A stretch of 64,000 nt of DNA from Takakia lepidozioides (taxonomy: Eukaryota; Plantae; Bryophyta), in contig CM060732.1 in assembly GCA_030704615.1 (NCBI GenBank), positions 67,332,001 through 67,396,000 on the forward strand, in the 5' to 3' direction. Shown here piece after piece: positions 51,201 to 64,000 of this stretch. How positions within the stretch are numbered: position 1 is the first letter of the stretch; each line of letters opens with the position of its first letter. Under the pieces are notes generated by a model that worked only from the letters and a program-made list of their open reading frames with translations, ran no database searches and was not told the origin of the DNA. A program made the translations under genes and the position numbers.

Positions 51201-53807
51201 TATTCCAGAGCCCATGGCCGTTTTTTCTAGAACTTTCCAATTAACGCCTTGGGATCCTTAATTTTCGGACCCTTCATTTCGTTAATTAATACAGGTGGCC
51301 TTATTACATTGGCCCCCTCTTTTAATTCTTGGACCACTCTAGAATTAACCGGCCCGAATGAAACTGCTTTACATATTACACTTTTTATACCATTTGAATA
51401 CATCACATGTAGATTTAAATTGAACCCCCTTCAATAAGCCATGAAGCATACACCTCTCCCAGACTGACCAGACATGAAACCATAGCACACAAGAGACGGT
51501 AGCAGGATTTGAACTCCAAACCAAAATTTGCACCTTCCAACTGAGCTGTTGCTTTCAAACGGAAACTTTATTATGCGCCACTCCCGGTTGCCATTAAGCA
51601 AACGGAATCGGAAGGGTAGCTCGTATTCCTGACCAATCATTCGGCTTGTTTCCAATAAGGACCCTAAGTGTCGCTATGAGAGCCATACAATGGCCAGAGA
51701 AGGCTTGCCACGTGGTGAGGGGCCGAACCCTTTGAAACGTTGGGTGACAAGGTGAAAGATGACTTGAGTAACCAATGTCAAAAAAAAAGGGAACTGGAGG
51801 ATGTATTCGAGCGATGAAATTATTCTCAGTCCATAATGAACTTTTTCATCCACAATGAGTGTTTCAGAAAAAAAGAACAAAAACAAAGTGTTTCATATCG
51901 AGTCGGGAGTCGGGCCGGGCATGGGGGTGGGCCCGGCGAAACCCCGGGTTTCTGCGGTATGGAAATGGTATTGCGGGGGAGGGGCTGTGGATTGTTGCTC
52001 TGGTGATGGAGGGTTTAAATCGTTTCTAGTTGCATTGCAGGTAAGACAGTGAATGCTTGGAAGGTTTGGGATTGCTTTGGGGAATTGGTGGGAAAAAATT
52101 GAATGCGTTGAAGTTTTTTTCCAGATTTGCGTGATTGTTCTTGTTCTTAGTAGGAGTTTGAAATTTCTGCAAGGATTGGAGGGAAGAGTTTGAGTATGGG
52201 ATTTCTATTTAGGTCTGAACGATATCTGTTTCCTGTACTGTTCTTATCAGAAGTTCGAGATCCGGAGGACAATATGAGGGGCGATATTCAAGTCTGGCAA
52301 GTCAGGTGTGGAGACATCGCTTTGGGATTGCGGAGATCTGGCCTCACATGTGCACTTATGATTATGGAAGGCTTGTAGTTCGTTTGATGCGAATAACATG
52401 GGATTGGTGGTATTCAGCCTCCGAGAGAGTGAGTTCGTTTGCTTGAAGGTGGTGTTGGTTCTGTTCATCTTGGAGAAAACACTCTTAGGTTGGTTTGAGA
52501 GATCCTCTTGTTGAAATGGCATTCTCTACCGCATAGTGTAGCGTCAGATTTGTGACATTGAGTCTGAGTTGTTGATGGTTTGAATTTTTGAAATGTCCCT
52601 TTGCTTCGACGTTGTTTTCGAGGAGGTTTTTGCAATGGAAGTGAGGGAAATTTTAAAATGCCCCTGGCATTTTACCGTGGAGACGTGAACAATAAACGGG
52701 CATCTGCAGGAGTCAGTGTCATTTTTTATCCGATCTAAGTGCTAACTGCACGCCGGGAATCTCCTCCGGGTATCGAGTGCGATGAGTCCGCAAGATTGTT
52801 AAGTTCGCGTTTGTAAATCAAACGCCTGTATCAGCTTTGATATAGTATGAGTGGGCGATTTCAACAATTGTGGAATCTTCACGGGGAAATCTTGAACCTT
52901 TTTGGGGATTGTTGAAGCGAGATGTCTTTTAGATGATCTAAGCGATTAAGGAGTTAAATAGGCAATCACATGCAATATGTGTCCTCCGATCTGCCCCTAA
53001 AATCGAATGCAGTGTTAGGGCAATTTACTCTGTCTTGTGCAAATGCTTTCCACCCAGTAACTTTGGAACCAAGATTCTTGAAGCTGCTGTGTAGTTCCTC
53101 ACAACATCCCTTAAAGGCGATCGTTATGGTCCACACTGGGGGTTCGTAGGTCTTCTTTTCAGGTTCACATTTATAATTGGAGACAAGACAGTTGTAACAT
53201 GTAGCCAATTTTCTTGTGCACCAATTACTAAATCCAATCATTTCCCAGCTCAATGAGTGCTGAAATTTACGTGATGGGCAGTGCCAAGGGATTTGCTGCA
53301 AAAGTTGTAAGAGTGATCAGGTTAATCTGGCTGTTATCAATGGAGCCATGAAGATGATCCTGTTTAATGTAAACGTGCTCGAGTGATTGGCACATCGGAC
53401 TCTAGTGGTCAAGTTTATATTAGCAACAGGGCTTGCACCAAACAATCTCTTTCATTGGCCAGAAGAGAGGTCGAAGAGAAGTACGAGAATGCAGTCTATC
53501 AATCATGTCCATGACATCCTAACTATTGTTACAGTTCTAGTGTTGAGAATGAATGCCTAAACCCTAAACCCTGGACCAGATCAATGCATGTGTGTGTTGG
53601 GGCTGAGGGTCCTACACGATGAGGATATGCTTATTTTTGCTTTGTTGTAGTACATTTTGTTAAAAAGGTATGGTTGCATCATCTAATGATGGCACTGCTG
53701 TTGGGCTTACAAGCAGCGAAGGAATCTTGTGATTTAGTGGAACATTTTTACCCAAGGACATAGGGGAGTAAGGCAAGTCACGTCTATGGGTGCTGCTACC
53801 TCTCACT

Positions 53808-56800
53808 ATGGCAGGTATTATGCATCTTGCCCCCTTTGGTCTACTGTCCCATTATTTTCCTCCACGTCCTTGATCCGTGACCTCTTGCCCTGTTCTCATA
53901 ATCTGACTCTCCATGTCTCATAGAACTTCAAATATGTTCCTCTCTGTCTTTCTTTCTCTTGGCTGGTTTACCAACCCATACCATCAACGAACTCACCTTT
54001 TGCACAGCCTTGCAGGGATTTTAACCTTCTCTTTAGAAGTTACACTTAAAACATGTTGAGATGACATGGCTTCCACATCCACTCCCTCTCCCCCCACCTC
54101 TGTATTCCTCTCACTTTCTCTGGCGTGGTTTCTAAGCAGGGCTCACAAATGGTAGCATTGCACCAGTAGCAACAGCATGCTCAAACTACATTGTTTTCCC
54201 TGTGGAAACCACATGGAGCTATCAGATTCGTGCAGTTCTCTATGGCATTGGCCTACTCTATTGTTTCGTCGGTTTGGCAACCATCACATCACTCTACATG
54301 CAAGCTATGGAATTGATTGTGCAGCAAACTCGTAAAGTTGTACACCGGGATTCTGAGACAGGCTTAGAGGAAGTGACAAGAGAAAGGATATGGAATCCTG
54401 TGATTGCAGACATCACCCTTTTGGCACTTGGCACTAGCTTTCCCCAAATTTCACTTGCTATTATTGATGCCATCAACCAACTTGGCAAGCTTTCTGATGA
54501 AGGTACCACTACGGACTCTTTCTCCCTTTCCCTTTGCAGAGCGATGGTGACAACGAAAATGCACCTCTGCCTTTCTTCTGTCTTCCAGCAGGGACTTAGG
54601 CTCCTTGGACTTCCAGTGGACATCGTCAAATTTCTCTTCTTCTTACTCTTCCCCTTGGTCGGTTTCTGGTTGTTGGAATCTCATTTGGAAGATTGTTATG
54701 TCCCGTAGGCCATTTTGGCCTTCCTGTGGCCATAATAAAGTTCTCTTGTCAAACACGATGCAGAGTTGATGGTTGCAAAGCTTTGAAACATTCTAATGAA
54801 CACATTCTCTCTCCCCAAAGTGCAGCTTACCTGCAAGGTTTAGAGATTTTGACATTCTTTTCTTTGTAGTTTTACTGCATCCCATAGGCTCTCTTGGCTT
54901 CCTGGGATGTAATACAATTTTTCTCATCTCCTTTACCTTTCTTTCTCTCTGCTCTCATTATTGCCCTCCTCTCCTCCACTGCCCTTCCTTTCCTTCTTCC
55001 CTAGCCTCTCCTGTGTCCATATCAACATTTAGTGCCTCACATATTGTATACCTCTCTGCAGGGTTAGGGCCAGGGACCATAGTAGGATCAGCAGCGTTCA
55101 ATCTCTTTCCAATCCTGGCTGTGTGTGTACTTGTGCCGGAACGTGGCACTGTCAAGCTCATTCAGAACAGGGGTGTGTGGATTGTGGAGTTGGTGTGGTC
55201 ATTCTGGGCCTATGTCTGGCTGATAATTATTCTCCAGGTTGTGCTTTTTCTTTACCTAGAGAAACTTGCATTTGATATTATTGACAAACAACTTTTTTGT
55301 GTGTACAATAACACGAGTTCATGTCATTTGACCTGTTCACTTGGAGATCCCCTCTACAGTCCAACACTCTATGTAGTGGTTGCTGTGCTGCTTGAGAAAT
55401 TACCACTGGTTTAAAGCTCACGTTTGCATCTTTTACTAACCTTGAAGACAATCAACCTTCGATCTTTCACATCTGAAGAATACCCTGATTACAAGGGTCA
55501 AGATATGAGTAGTAAGAAAAAATAGAAGCACGTAGTTTGAACAATCATGATAGTGCATTGACCATGTTGGCCATTCAAGGATACGTAAGCCTCCCTCAAG
55601 TAGCTCTTTCCTGAGACAGATTCGTGAGTTACTCCGTACAGCGTCACAACTTCCATGAACTCAATCATTTCTCTGGTAACAAGAATAAACACACAGGTGT
55701 TGGTTTAGAGAGAGGCAACTTTCCAAGGCGTCAGTTCTAATATGTGACAAATCTTTGCAGGTGTCATCTCCAAATGTAGTCTCTCAATGGGAGGCAGTGC
55801 TGACAGTGCTACAGTTCCCCCTCCTCATGTTACATGCCTATGCACAAGACCAAGGGTGGAGATTGTGCCTTCCCTCTTGGGCTGTAGCTCATAGCATGGG
55901 TCTGTCCACTTCTGTCAGTGGGTTCAAGACAGATCATGCCATCCACTCAATATCTGCTCGGTGAGTGTGGCTTGTGTGGGTGTGTCTCTGTGTCTGGTTC
56001 CCTCTCTCTAGCCTTCATGGTTGAATCCCCACAACTGGCTCCAAAAGGGGGTGGATCCAGTCCAGGTTCTCCAGTGGGTTGCCACTGGCTGTAGAGGGTC
56101 CCCACTAGGCAAGACAGGAGACAACAATAAGTTAGTGCAGCAGAAAATCTGCAAGTGAGAGCAGCCCTTTATTATCTGATAGGGTAGAATAAATGTGGAA
56201 TCTTGCCGAAGCAAGTGTGACTGATGGTTGCACTTGATCCCGAAGGGAAGTTGGACACCTTCATGACATCCAACACACTTATGTGGTTCTGAACCACAAC
56301 CACTGCTGACATGGTATTATGCCCTAGCCACTGGGCTTTCTATTGGATGTCAATAACACCCTGTTCAGATAACCACATGAAACAAGTCCACGTGTCTCTG
56401 TGATTCTCTGCGTGGACATAAAAAATGTTTACTCCTATCTCTTTCACTCTGTGTTGTGGAACCCTGGTGGGTGCAAATCCCGCAAAAGGCTCCAGGGGGG
56501 TTAGTTTCCAGCAGGGTAAATGGCCATAAGGCTATGGCAAGCCAACGTTGGTAGGGAACAGCATGAGTACATTGTATGTGTTGTGGGTAATGCAGTAAGA
56601 ATTTTTCTCTAATTTTTACTGAGAACCATCTCTTGAATACATAACAAAGTGCAGCCTTTATTCTCATCATGTTCAGAGGGCTCTATATGACGAATGTGTG
56701 GGTTTTTTTTCTGCAAAATCTGTGGTGGACATCTTGTGCAGCTTGTTCTTGTTTGTACAGGAGAGCATTGTTCATATGGGAGATCTGACATTGCACTGCC

Positions 56801-59096
56801 ATTTCTGCAAGGTTAGACTTGAGGTGAAGAAGCCTGAATGGGAGCTTCAAGATCTGCACTACCACCCCATGCCCTCATCTGCCATCAATGACCAGTTGGG
56901 TAGAGCCCATGAGGAGCCGTCGTCTGAGCATCAGATGCCCAAGTTCACATCTATGGATGCACCAGTGGAGGGAAGTTTCATCAGCCTCTACCCTCCTCCT
57001 GGTGAGCAATCATTTGCTCAACTATCGTAATTTGCTTTGATGTAGACCTTAAGTGTAGCTCTATGCCACAAAGGTGCTTGTTATCTTGGATAGGTAGGTT
57101 ATGTGAGACTCAGACTGGGTTAGACAGTATTGAAAGATTGTTAGTGTACCTGTCTACAAGAGCGCACCAGTAACCCTTTTAAGACTTGTAACTGCCGGTC
57201 CTCATGGCTCACACAGCCTTCAGAATGATTCTATCTTTGTGGCCCAAGATTCTTAATCGTAGAGTTGCTGGCTTACCAGGGGACCTACACTCAAGCAGCT
57301 GCAAACCAGAGCAAGAGGACCTGGTGGCCATGCTCACCACACAAGAAACAGACACTCAGCAGGAACAACCCTTGACATGGCGAGCATTGTTTGTAGTTTG
57401 GAAGGAGCAATTCTGTGATGCTGTGACTGTAAGACTCTCTATATTCACAGGGGGAGGGTGGAAGTGGGAGAGAAAGAAAGGATGGAACAAGGAGAGAGCG
57501 GTCTCAATGTGTACCCATGACATTATTTTGTGAACGGAGTCAGTCAGGTTTAAGCCCTCAGGTTATAATACTCAGCCAGGACTTCCCCCAGTGCTCATGC
57601 ATAGCTAACTGAAATCTGGTAACTCGCCGTGAAGATTTCAATTCATCCAGGGCAACCATGGATGGAACCAGGGCTTGATGTTGAATCCAGCAGCCCTCTA
57701 CCTTGCCAAATTCTCATGTTGGTTGTTGTGATTGCATCCCTGGCACATCGGGCAATGGTGGAATTCAGCGTCCTACCTGCACCTGCAATTTTGCTTCCAG
57801 TCAGACTGAAGATACCAGAGGTAGCAAGAGAGAAGGAACATTTTATTTCAAGAAGGTGCAAAAGGAAGGAATTTACTACGACTACAGGAGACCTAGAGGT
57901 TTTATGGGAAGAAGAGAAGACCAAGAAATACATTTAATCCACAGAAGACCCGGAGAGAAAGGAGCGAGAGAGAGAGAGAGAGAGCAATCATTTTTACTAT
58001 ATGTTTGCCAAAGCACAAATGATAGGTGACAACTGATGCAATGCTATATTGCAGCTTCATACTCTGTTTTATGCAGGTGAAGCGTCCACTTGACGGGAAT
58101 GGCAAGTACTTTATACTGTCAAATGTGGGATTACTATGCCATCCTATCTCCTTTGCTTGGAGAGTTATGTTTGCATTCATCCCACCTCCTGCCATGTTTC
58201 ATGGTTGGGTGGCATTTTCGTGCGCCCTCTCCTTCATCACTGCCATCTCTGGCTTTGTCATTAAGCTAGCACATCTGGTTGGGTGTGTTACAGGTGCGCT
58301 AAACATTCCCTTCCTCCCCCACTTCTGTTTCACTTGTAGAGCTTCCATGTGCACTGCAAGTCTCAGCAAACACCCTTTACCCTCTTGGCAACTAAGAGAG
58401 GAGATGGACTGACAGGTGAAAGGAAGGGGAAAGATGAGCCCTTCCTCAAAGAATGGCTAGTGTGCTTACAATGGGAGCCTAATGATGATTCTCCCTACAG
58501 GCATTAACAAGTATGTGTTAGCCATCACAGTCCTAGCCGCAGGGACTTCATGGCCTGATCTTATCGCCAGCAAGATCGCAGCAGAGCGCTCAGCAACCGC
58601 AGACTCTGCCATAGCGAACATAAATGCTAGGTGTGCATTATCTTGCCCATAGATGGTCTTTTGAGTGTTCTTTTTGTTTGCTCTTCCTCTGCAAAAATCC
58701 CCTGTACCTATGTAACAACATATCGAGGAATATAATTTGTTAACATCAACTGTACATCAGGCTTGGATTTTTACTCAGTCCATGTGTGTGGGCATTTGCA
58801 GCAATTGTATCAACGTGTTTGTGGGCATTGGAATACCATGGCTCCTTCAAGTCTTTTACAATCAAGTTGTATTAGGTGAAGAGTTTCGGGTGCCGGCATC
58901 AGGGCTGGGCTTCTCGCTCGTTCTTTTCTTCATTACTTTTGCTTTGTGTTTGGTCGCAGTTTGTGCCCGACGCTATTGGTTTGGTGGGGAGCTTGGGGGA
59001 CCCTGGGCATGGGCATGGGCATCCTCCGCATATTTTATGCTCCTTTGGTTGATATTTGTGGTCTTCTCATGTCTTCAGGCCTACCATGTGTTGTAA
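53808..59096 (+). CDS. MHX: Magnesium/proton exchanger (CaCA superfamily, MHX clade), multi-exon
   Basis: [24 protein letters not shown] (alpha-1), [29 protein letters not shown] (alpha-2), [21 protein letters not shown]; stop at 59096. The start is tentative (ATG GCA G|GT micro-exon at 53808 spliced to ~54141). Confidence 0.9.
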
Positions 59097-60345
59097 GCCA
59101 ACACATCTATTCTTTCATTGCGACACTTCATATTGGAAGTGTCAACCCTAGGGAGAACAGGCAAACCTCTGATGTCTGTTGGATGGCCATTACAGCACAT
59201 CCAAACTTATAAATAAGACAATACTTCCAAGTTATCATGGCTCTGAATATGTGACAAAGTCAACTTTGGAAATTGGTTAACTGGGATTGAGACCACCCTG
59301 GACCACCCTGTCTGTGATTATGGAACCCCCTTTACCCCTTTGAGCTATAATAATGTAAATCTGTTTAGGAACATGGGGCACTTGGTACCTTCCAAGATCC
59401 TCATATACCTGCTGAGGTGGTTGTTAATCTCATCATAGCTGCTGTTGACCAACTACTGATGCATGTTGAGATGTTGTCGATCCTTGCTGCTGATCCTTGC
59501 TGCTGCGTTGGTCTTCTCCATTCCCTACTTGGCCTCATAACCTCTCAGATTTCTCTGTTGGACTGGACTAGTCTAAGAAATGTAAGTTATCAAGTGAAAC
59601 AAACAAAATACACATAATGAACTGAATATATGTAAGTACAAGTATGTAGGCATATGTACACATAGATCAATAGAGTACACATACCAGAGTAAATGAGGAA
59701 GACAGTGGGGGAGTACTGGTATTGTGGCAGGTATGAAAAAACTGATACCAGCCTGGTCTGGTATATGACCAAGTATTTTCCCAAATGATACCAGACTGGT
59801 CTTGTAATTAATATAATAATCATTAATATTTGATGCTTCCCCAAGGAAGCGTAAATTATGGTGTCTCTTCACCCCAAAGGGTTACTGCCTTCCGCTAGGA
59901 AGGTGGGCACCTTTGTGACACCAAGGGTGGATTGTATAGGGGAAAGTTCTTGCCTGAGGACTTTCCGTTGTTTAAGGGTGGGCCCGAGGGCGGAGCCTGA
60001 GGCCATACCCGCAAACTGTGGGAAGTTCGAGGGCAGGAACTTGCCGCTGCCTAAAAATTTGCTCATCTGGTTCCACCCTCTGACTAGCTGGCTTCACATC
60101 AACCCTAGATGATATATCATCCAAGGGACAAGATTGCGTTCCACTAATCTCCTTATGGCAAGGGGGTTCCAGAATTGGAACCACCAGTTCCATGCTCCCG
60201 CCCCCAATGGGACCACTGGTTCCATGCCACTTGTGCCTCCTGTGGAGTTCTGCTTCAAAATGCCCTAAAAAGTACAAAGGAAGGAACCCTCTCCGAAGTA
60301 GTATGTGCCCATTACCACTGTCGATCTGGTATCTAATACCAGTGC

Positions 60346-60393
60346 ACTAGGGCTTCGCGTTGCTCCGCACTACTGGAGACGACTTATGAGAAC
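60346..60393 (-). mobile_element. Helitron-like 3' terminus (second copy)
   Basis: Reverse complement of the 50048-50095 motif, ending CTAG|T. Confidence 0.55.
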
Positions 60394-62964
60394 AATGATT
60401 CTTTTGATTGGAAATATATACTATGCGACAAACATTAGGAACAATGCAAAAGTATGACATGGGCATATGATCTTATGGTACTTTTGCCTAGGTGAAGTCC
60501 TGCACAAGATCCTGACCTTTGTTAGTTTGATTAGATTCATAATTGTTGAGCATGTTGACAGACCCAACACTTGCGTGGTGATGTATGAGCAGGTAGCCAA
60601 CCTGTTTTTCTATGAAGTGCAAGCACCCCTTGTGGGCTCATTCGAAAACTGTTGCAGAACTGTGTGCGGTCCCAACTAGCCGGGCCATGTAGTTCACAAA
60701 TCTGGTTGAGGAGATTTGTAGCATTTGTGTTATTCAAGTTGTTGTAGGTATTCATCGAGCTGGTGCCCCTATGTATGGTGGCCCTCTCTCCACATTCATT
60801 TTGTAAAGAAGTTGAAGCAGATACATATTATCAATCCACTTGTTCACTCAATTTGCAACCTCTTTCTGGCCAAGTTGTGGTTGATGAGATAATGTTACAC
60901 ACAGTTGTATGCTAAGCAGACATGTTAATGGTATTATTGACATGGACACATGCAACAGCTTATGACCAGGGCAAGCACAGTGCCAGTGCAGTATCAAGCA
61001 AAAATGTCCATCACCTTGTGTATTACTATAAAGAAGACACCCCAAAACATTGCCCAAAATCTCTGAAATTGAAGGGGTGATCAACCTGGTGACATAACTC
61101 TCTGTGTGAATCTCATGTGATTTGGATTTTATCTTTTATCTTTCAAGCCTGCTCTGTGTAAGAGAGGTAGCTGTTACTTGTTCTCTTTCGGCGCTCTTCT
61201 ATAGGGCAGATTATGCCCACGCAAAATCAGACGGGCTGTTGAGAATCTTTGTTTGTAAAGAGGTTTCAATCATGGTATTTCTGTGAGAGTGTAGTTAGAG
61301 GTGTTAGTCAGTCGGCCCTAGAAAACTTTTCATGGTGACTTGGGGTAAACTTTCAAAATCTGCTGTTGCAAGAATATCTATTTGGTTCAGGTTAGATCAC
61401 CGATCCTACTCATGAGCTGCCATCTGCCGTAGGCCTCTGCAAAACAGTGAGCTGCATGTGAGTCCATGAAGGTGGCTGTGTCAAGCTGACTGGAATCCCA
61501 ATCTTCTGGAACTTCTAGCATTGATCTGTACCTGCTGAGCCCCTCTCTGCTCTTTCCCAGGAACAAGATGCAACAAGAATCAATTTTGTTACACTCTGCA
61601 GAACCCAAACATGTTGAAAATACAGCTTTTGAGGACAGTTGTGGGCACCCAATCCACTGTTTGAAGTAATTGGTTTCCCACAAGTGGTTTGTCAACAGGC
61701 CTTTTGATCACATGAAGGCCCACCTTTGAAGAATGATCATATCAAACCCAAGCCATGCTGGTCCAATGGTTGCCGTTGACATTGCCAGAAGGTCCATATG
61801 ATGCTTTTGTCATAATATATATCGCAGACACCTATAATGTTGGCATGTGGATATTTGCCAAGGGAGTTCCCGAATATGTATTCTCCTATACAACCTGCAT
61901 TACATCATGCCAAAACACCAGAAATAGTGCAAACAGTCCTCAGTGTCCATTCCCCTCAGTATTTAGGTCTGGTACTTTTCAATCCATAGCAGCAAGCAAA
62001 CATGGTTGACTCATCCATCCTCCCCTTGTGTCAGAAAAAGTCAAGATCAGAATTCAAGGGCGCCCAGCAGCTAACCAAACCAAAACAGCGCACATGTAAC
62101 ACATAATCTATCAAAGCAGGACTGCAGATGAAGTATCTGGATTTACCTGAGCAGAAAAATCACAAGTTGCCTTTACTGAAGGATAAACTGCAACCTGAAT
62201 GCAATAAAGACAATTTCTTACACCCACCAAGATACAAGTAGCTTCACTAGAGTCTGCCGTTCCATTTGTTGCACATACTTGACTTACATTGAATCTATCA
62301 AATGATGACACCATGAAACTATATTGCCCATCCATACACAAAATACACCAGCCTGCAGCTTCATGACGACTATCGCTGGATTTGTTCTGGATAGCAAAAA
62401 TGCAGAGCTGAAGATACTGTGTTACTGTCTTTGGGTCAACAGAGATGCCTGACATAGTTCCCCCAACAAGCTTAATCGAGGCCTATGGCTCGTGGAAGGA
62501 CAAAAACAGCCACGATAGCACAGCCGAAACATCACTTTCCCATGCCAGCAGAATTAGAGATGCTGATTACTTACGATCAATCCATGTTGGATTACGTGAA
62601 AATGAAAAATCCCTCTTGCACAGAGATTTACAAACTAGATTAGAGAGGAAAAAGATCTCCCGAAAAAGATAAACAGACAGTTGCAAACAAGCAGATGATG
62701 AAGAGATAGCAGGGACAGGCAAATGGAGACCAGAACCACACGACTACAAGAGTGCAAGTATAGAAACACAAAGCAGGGACCCAGAGAGATTTACTTGTGC
62801 GTAGCTATATGCCTCAAGAGGTTCCTCCCAATCAGCTGCCTGAAGACCTGTGTCTCCTATCATAATACGTCACTGTTGTGCAAATCCATTTCAACATCAC
62901 TTTCTTCCTCCTTTAATATCACTGCCAAATGTGCTCTTCATACGACCAGCCAGATTAGGAGAGC

Positions 62965-63160
62965 CATATTGTTGAACACTTGATTTGCATCTTTTATGCT
63001 CCCACATTTGGCATACATGTCCACCAGGGCAGTGCCGAGAATGACATCTGGCACAATTCCACCTTCCTGATATCAGTATGGACCTCTTTGCCCTTCTCCA
63101 GAGCTGCCAGGCTGGCGCAAGCATTGAGAACACCAACGTATGACAACTGGGCATTGGGCA
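62965..63160 (-). pseudogene. PLS-class PPR fragment (L and S motifs, frameshifted)
   Basis: SYVGVLNACASLAALEKGKEVH / PDVILGTALVDMYAKCGSIKDANQVFNNM. Confidence 0.8.
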
Positions 63161-63164
63161 CCAA

Positions 63165-64000
63165 TACATAGCAGCATCAGAGTTAGGGCTGCCACACTCA
63201 ACGACCCTTCCAGACTCTTCCGAGAAATTATCTCATCCCACTGTCGTTTGCAAGTGATCGGGAAAGTCTCAAGATTCATCGGTTTGAAGTAGAAAGGTTT
63301 GTCCACATTCCGCCAGCTGGTGATGTCTATCTTCACAGTTGGTCTTGTCAACCACCTAGCAACTATTGAGGGGTACTCCAGAACAATTTCAAGGGAACAG
63401 TCAAGCCCATCATCTAAGGCATCTGCATTGTCCTGGAGCAGCGTCCAATTGGCATCTACTGGTCGACAGCCCTTCATGTACATTTTCCCATCCTTGGGAT
63501 TATACAGACCTTCTGCAAAATTTCAACACAAAACCCAGATGGTGTAATCTTCAAGTGAGCTCCCACTTTGAAATATGCTGGTTGCTTACTTGGGCGGCGT
63601 GCACTTGAGCGAGGATTCGGTTTCAATCATCCATTGTCCCTCTGGAACCACGGTAAAATTACTCTCCTCCCTCCAGTTTATTGTCATGTGGTCCTCAAGT
63701 GCAATCACACTAAAGCTCAGATAATCCAACCTGGACTGCTGCTTCTGCTGTGGAAGCAGGAGTGATTCAGCTGAAAGATCTCTGCTTAAGAGGCTGTAAT
63801 AATCAAGTCCATGGAGAGCAGGGTAACAAAACACACTTTCCAAGCTTTGCTGACCAGGGACTCCATATCCGCAGCGCTGGCATACCTTGGGAAAACCGGT
63901 CATTCGGATCACTACCATAGTCCAAAAAGAGACCCTTGCGAAAAAAGCAAGCAATGTCAAGAAACATATTTTGCTCCACCTCCCCTAAGGAATTGTAACT
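63165..64000 (-). pseudogene. DUF2921-family membrane protein fragment with stop and frameshifts, running off the right edge
   Basis: EGLYNPKDGKMYMKGCR...DGLDCSLEIVLEYP..ARWL..P...PFYF..RKSLEG matches my recollection of plant DUF2921 proteins. Breaks off at CIGAQ, where the PPR fragment begins. Confidence 0.7.

Noticed and set aside
50048-60393. Giant TIR element (Pack-type) carrying MHX
   Set aside because: Identity is highest at the inner ends and fades outwards, and no TSD is visible. Two independent Helitron-like 3' ends fit better, though this is not proven.
61387-61900. Kinase or Ulp1 protease fragment
   Set aside because: Only isolated short resemblances (HANII, NHW) in different frames; not enough for a call.

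Overview
Eukaryotic land-plant nuclear DNA with GT-AG introns. The PLS/DYW PPR style and TE content suggest a bryophyte-grade plant, but that is inference. Host genes are the 5' end of a peroxisomal beta-oxidation multifunctional protein (MFP2/AIM1-like, minus strand, runs off the left edge), a ~16 kb intron-rich LRR-VIII-1 receptor kinase with a frameshift (6.8-23.0 kb, minus), and an intact-looking MHX Mg2+/H+ exchanger (53.8-59.1 kb, plus). The rest is largely nested transposon debris. Three things stand out. (1) A complete 366-bp TRIM retroelement (145-bp LTRs, iMet PBS, PPT, 5-bp TSD) carries a full tRNA-like cloverleaf with A and B boxes in each LTR, a tRNA analogue of the 5S-carrying Cassandra elements. 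(2) A decayed gag-protease LTR-retrotransposon polyprotein runs directly into a C5-cytosine DNA methyltransferase. (3) A MULE-like block (GCM-type Zn finger and SWIM pieces) contains two diverged, tail-to-tail, intron-containing ParB/Sulfiredoxin-like genes, each preceded by its own array of long DNA palindromes. Also present are a tRNA-derived SINE family, two LINE types, a Sola-like transposase relic, and two identical Helitron-like 3' ends with PPR and DUF2921 gene fragments upstream. All calls come from reading motifs by eye; no searches were run.
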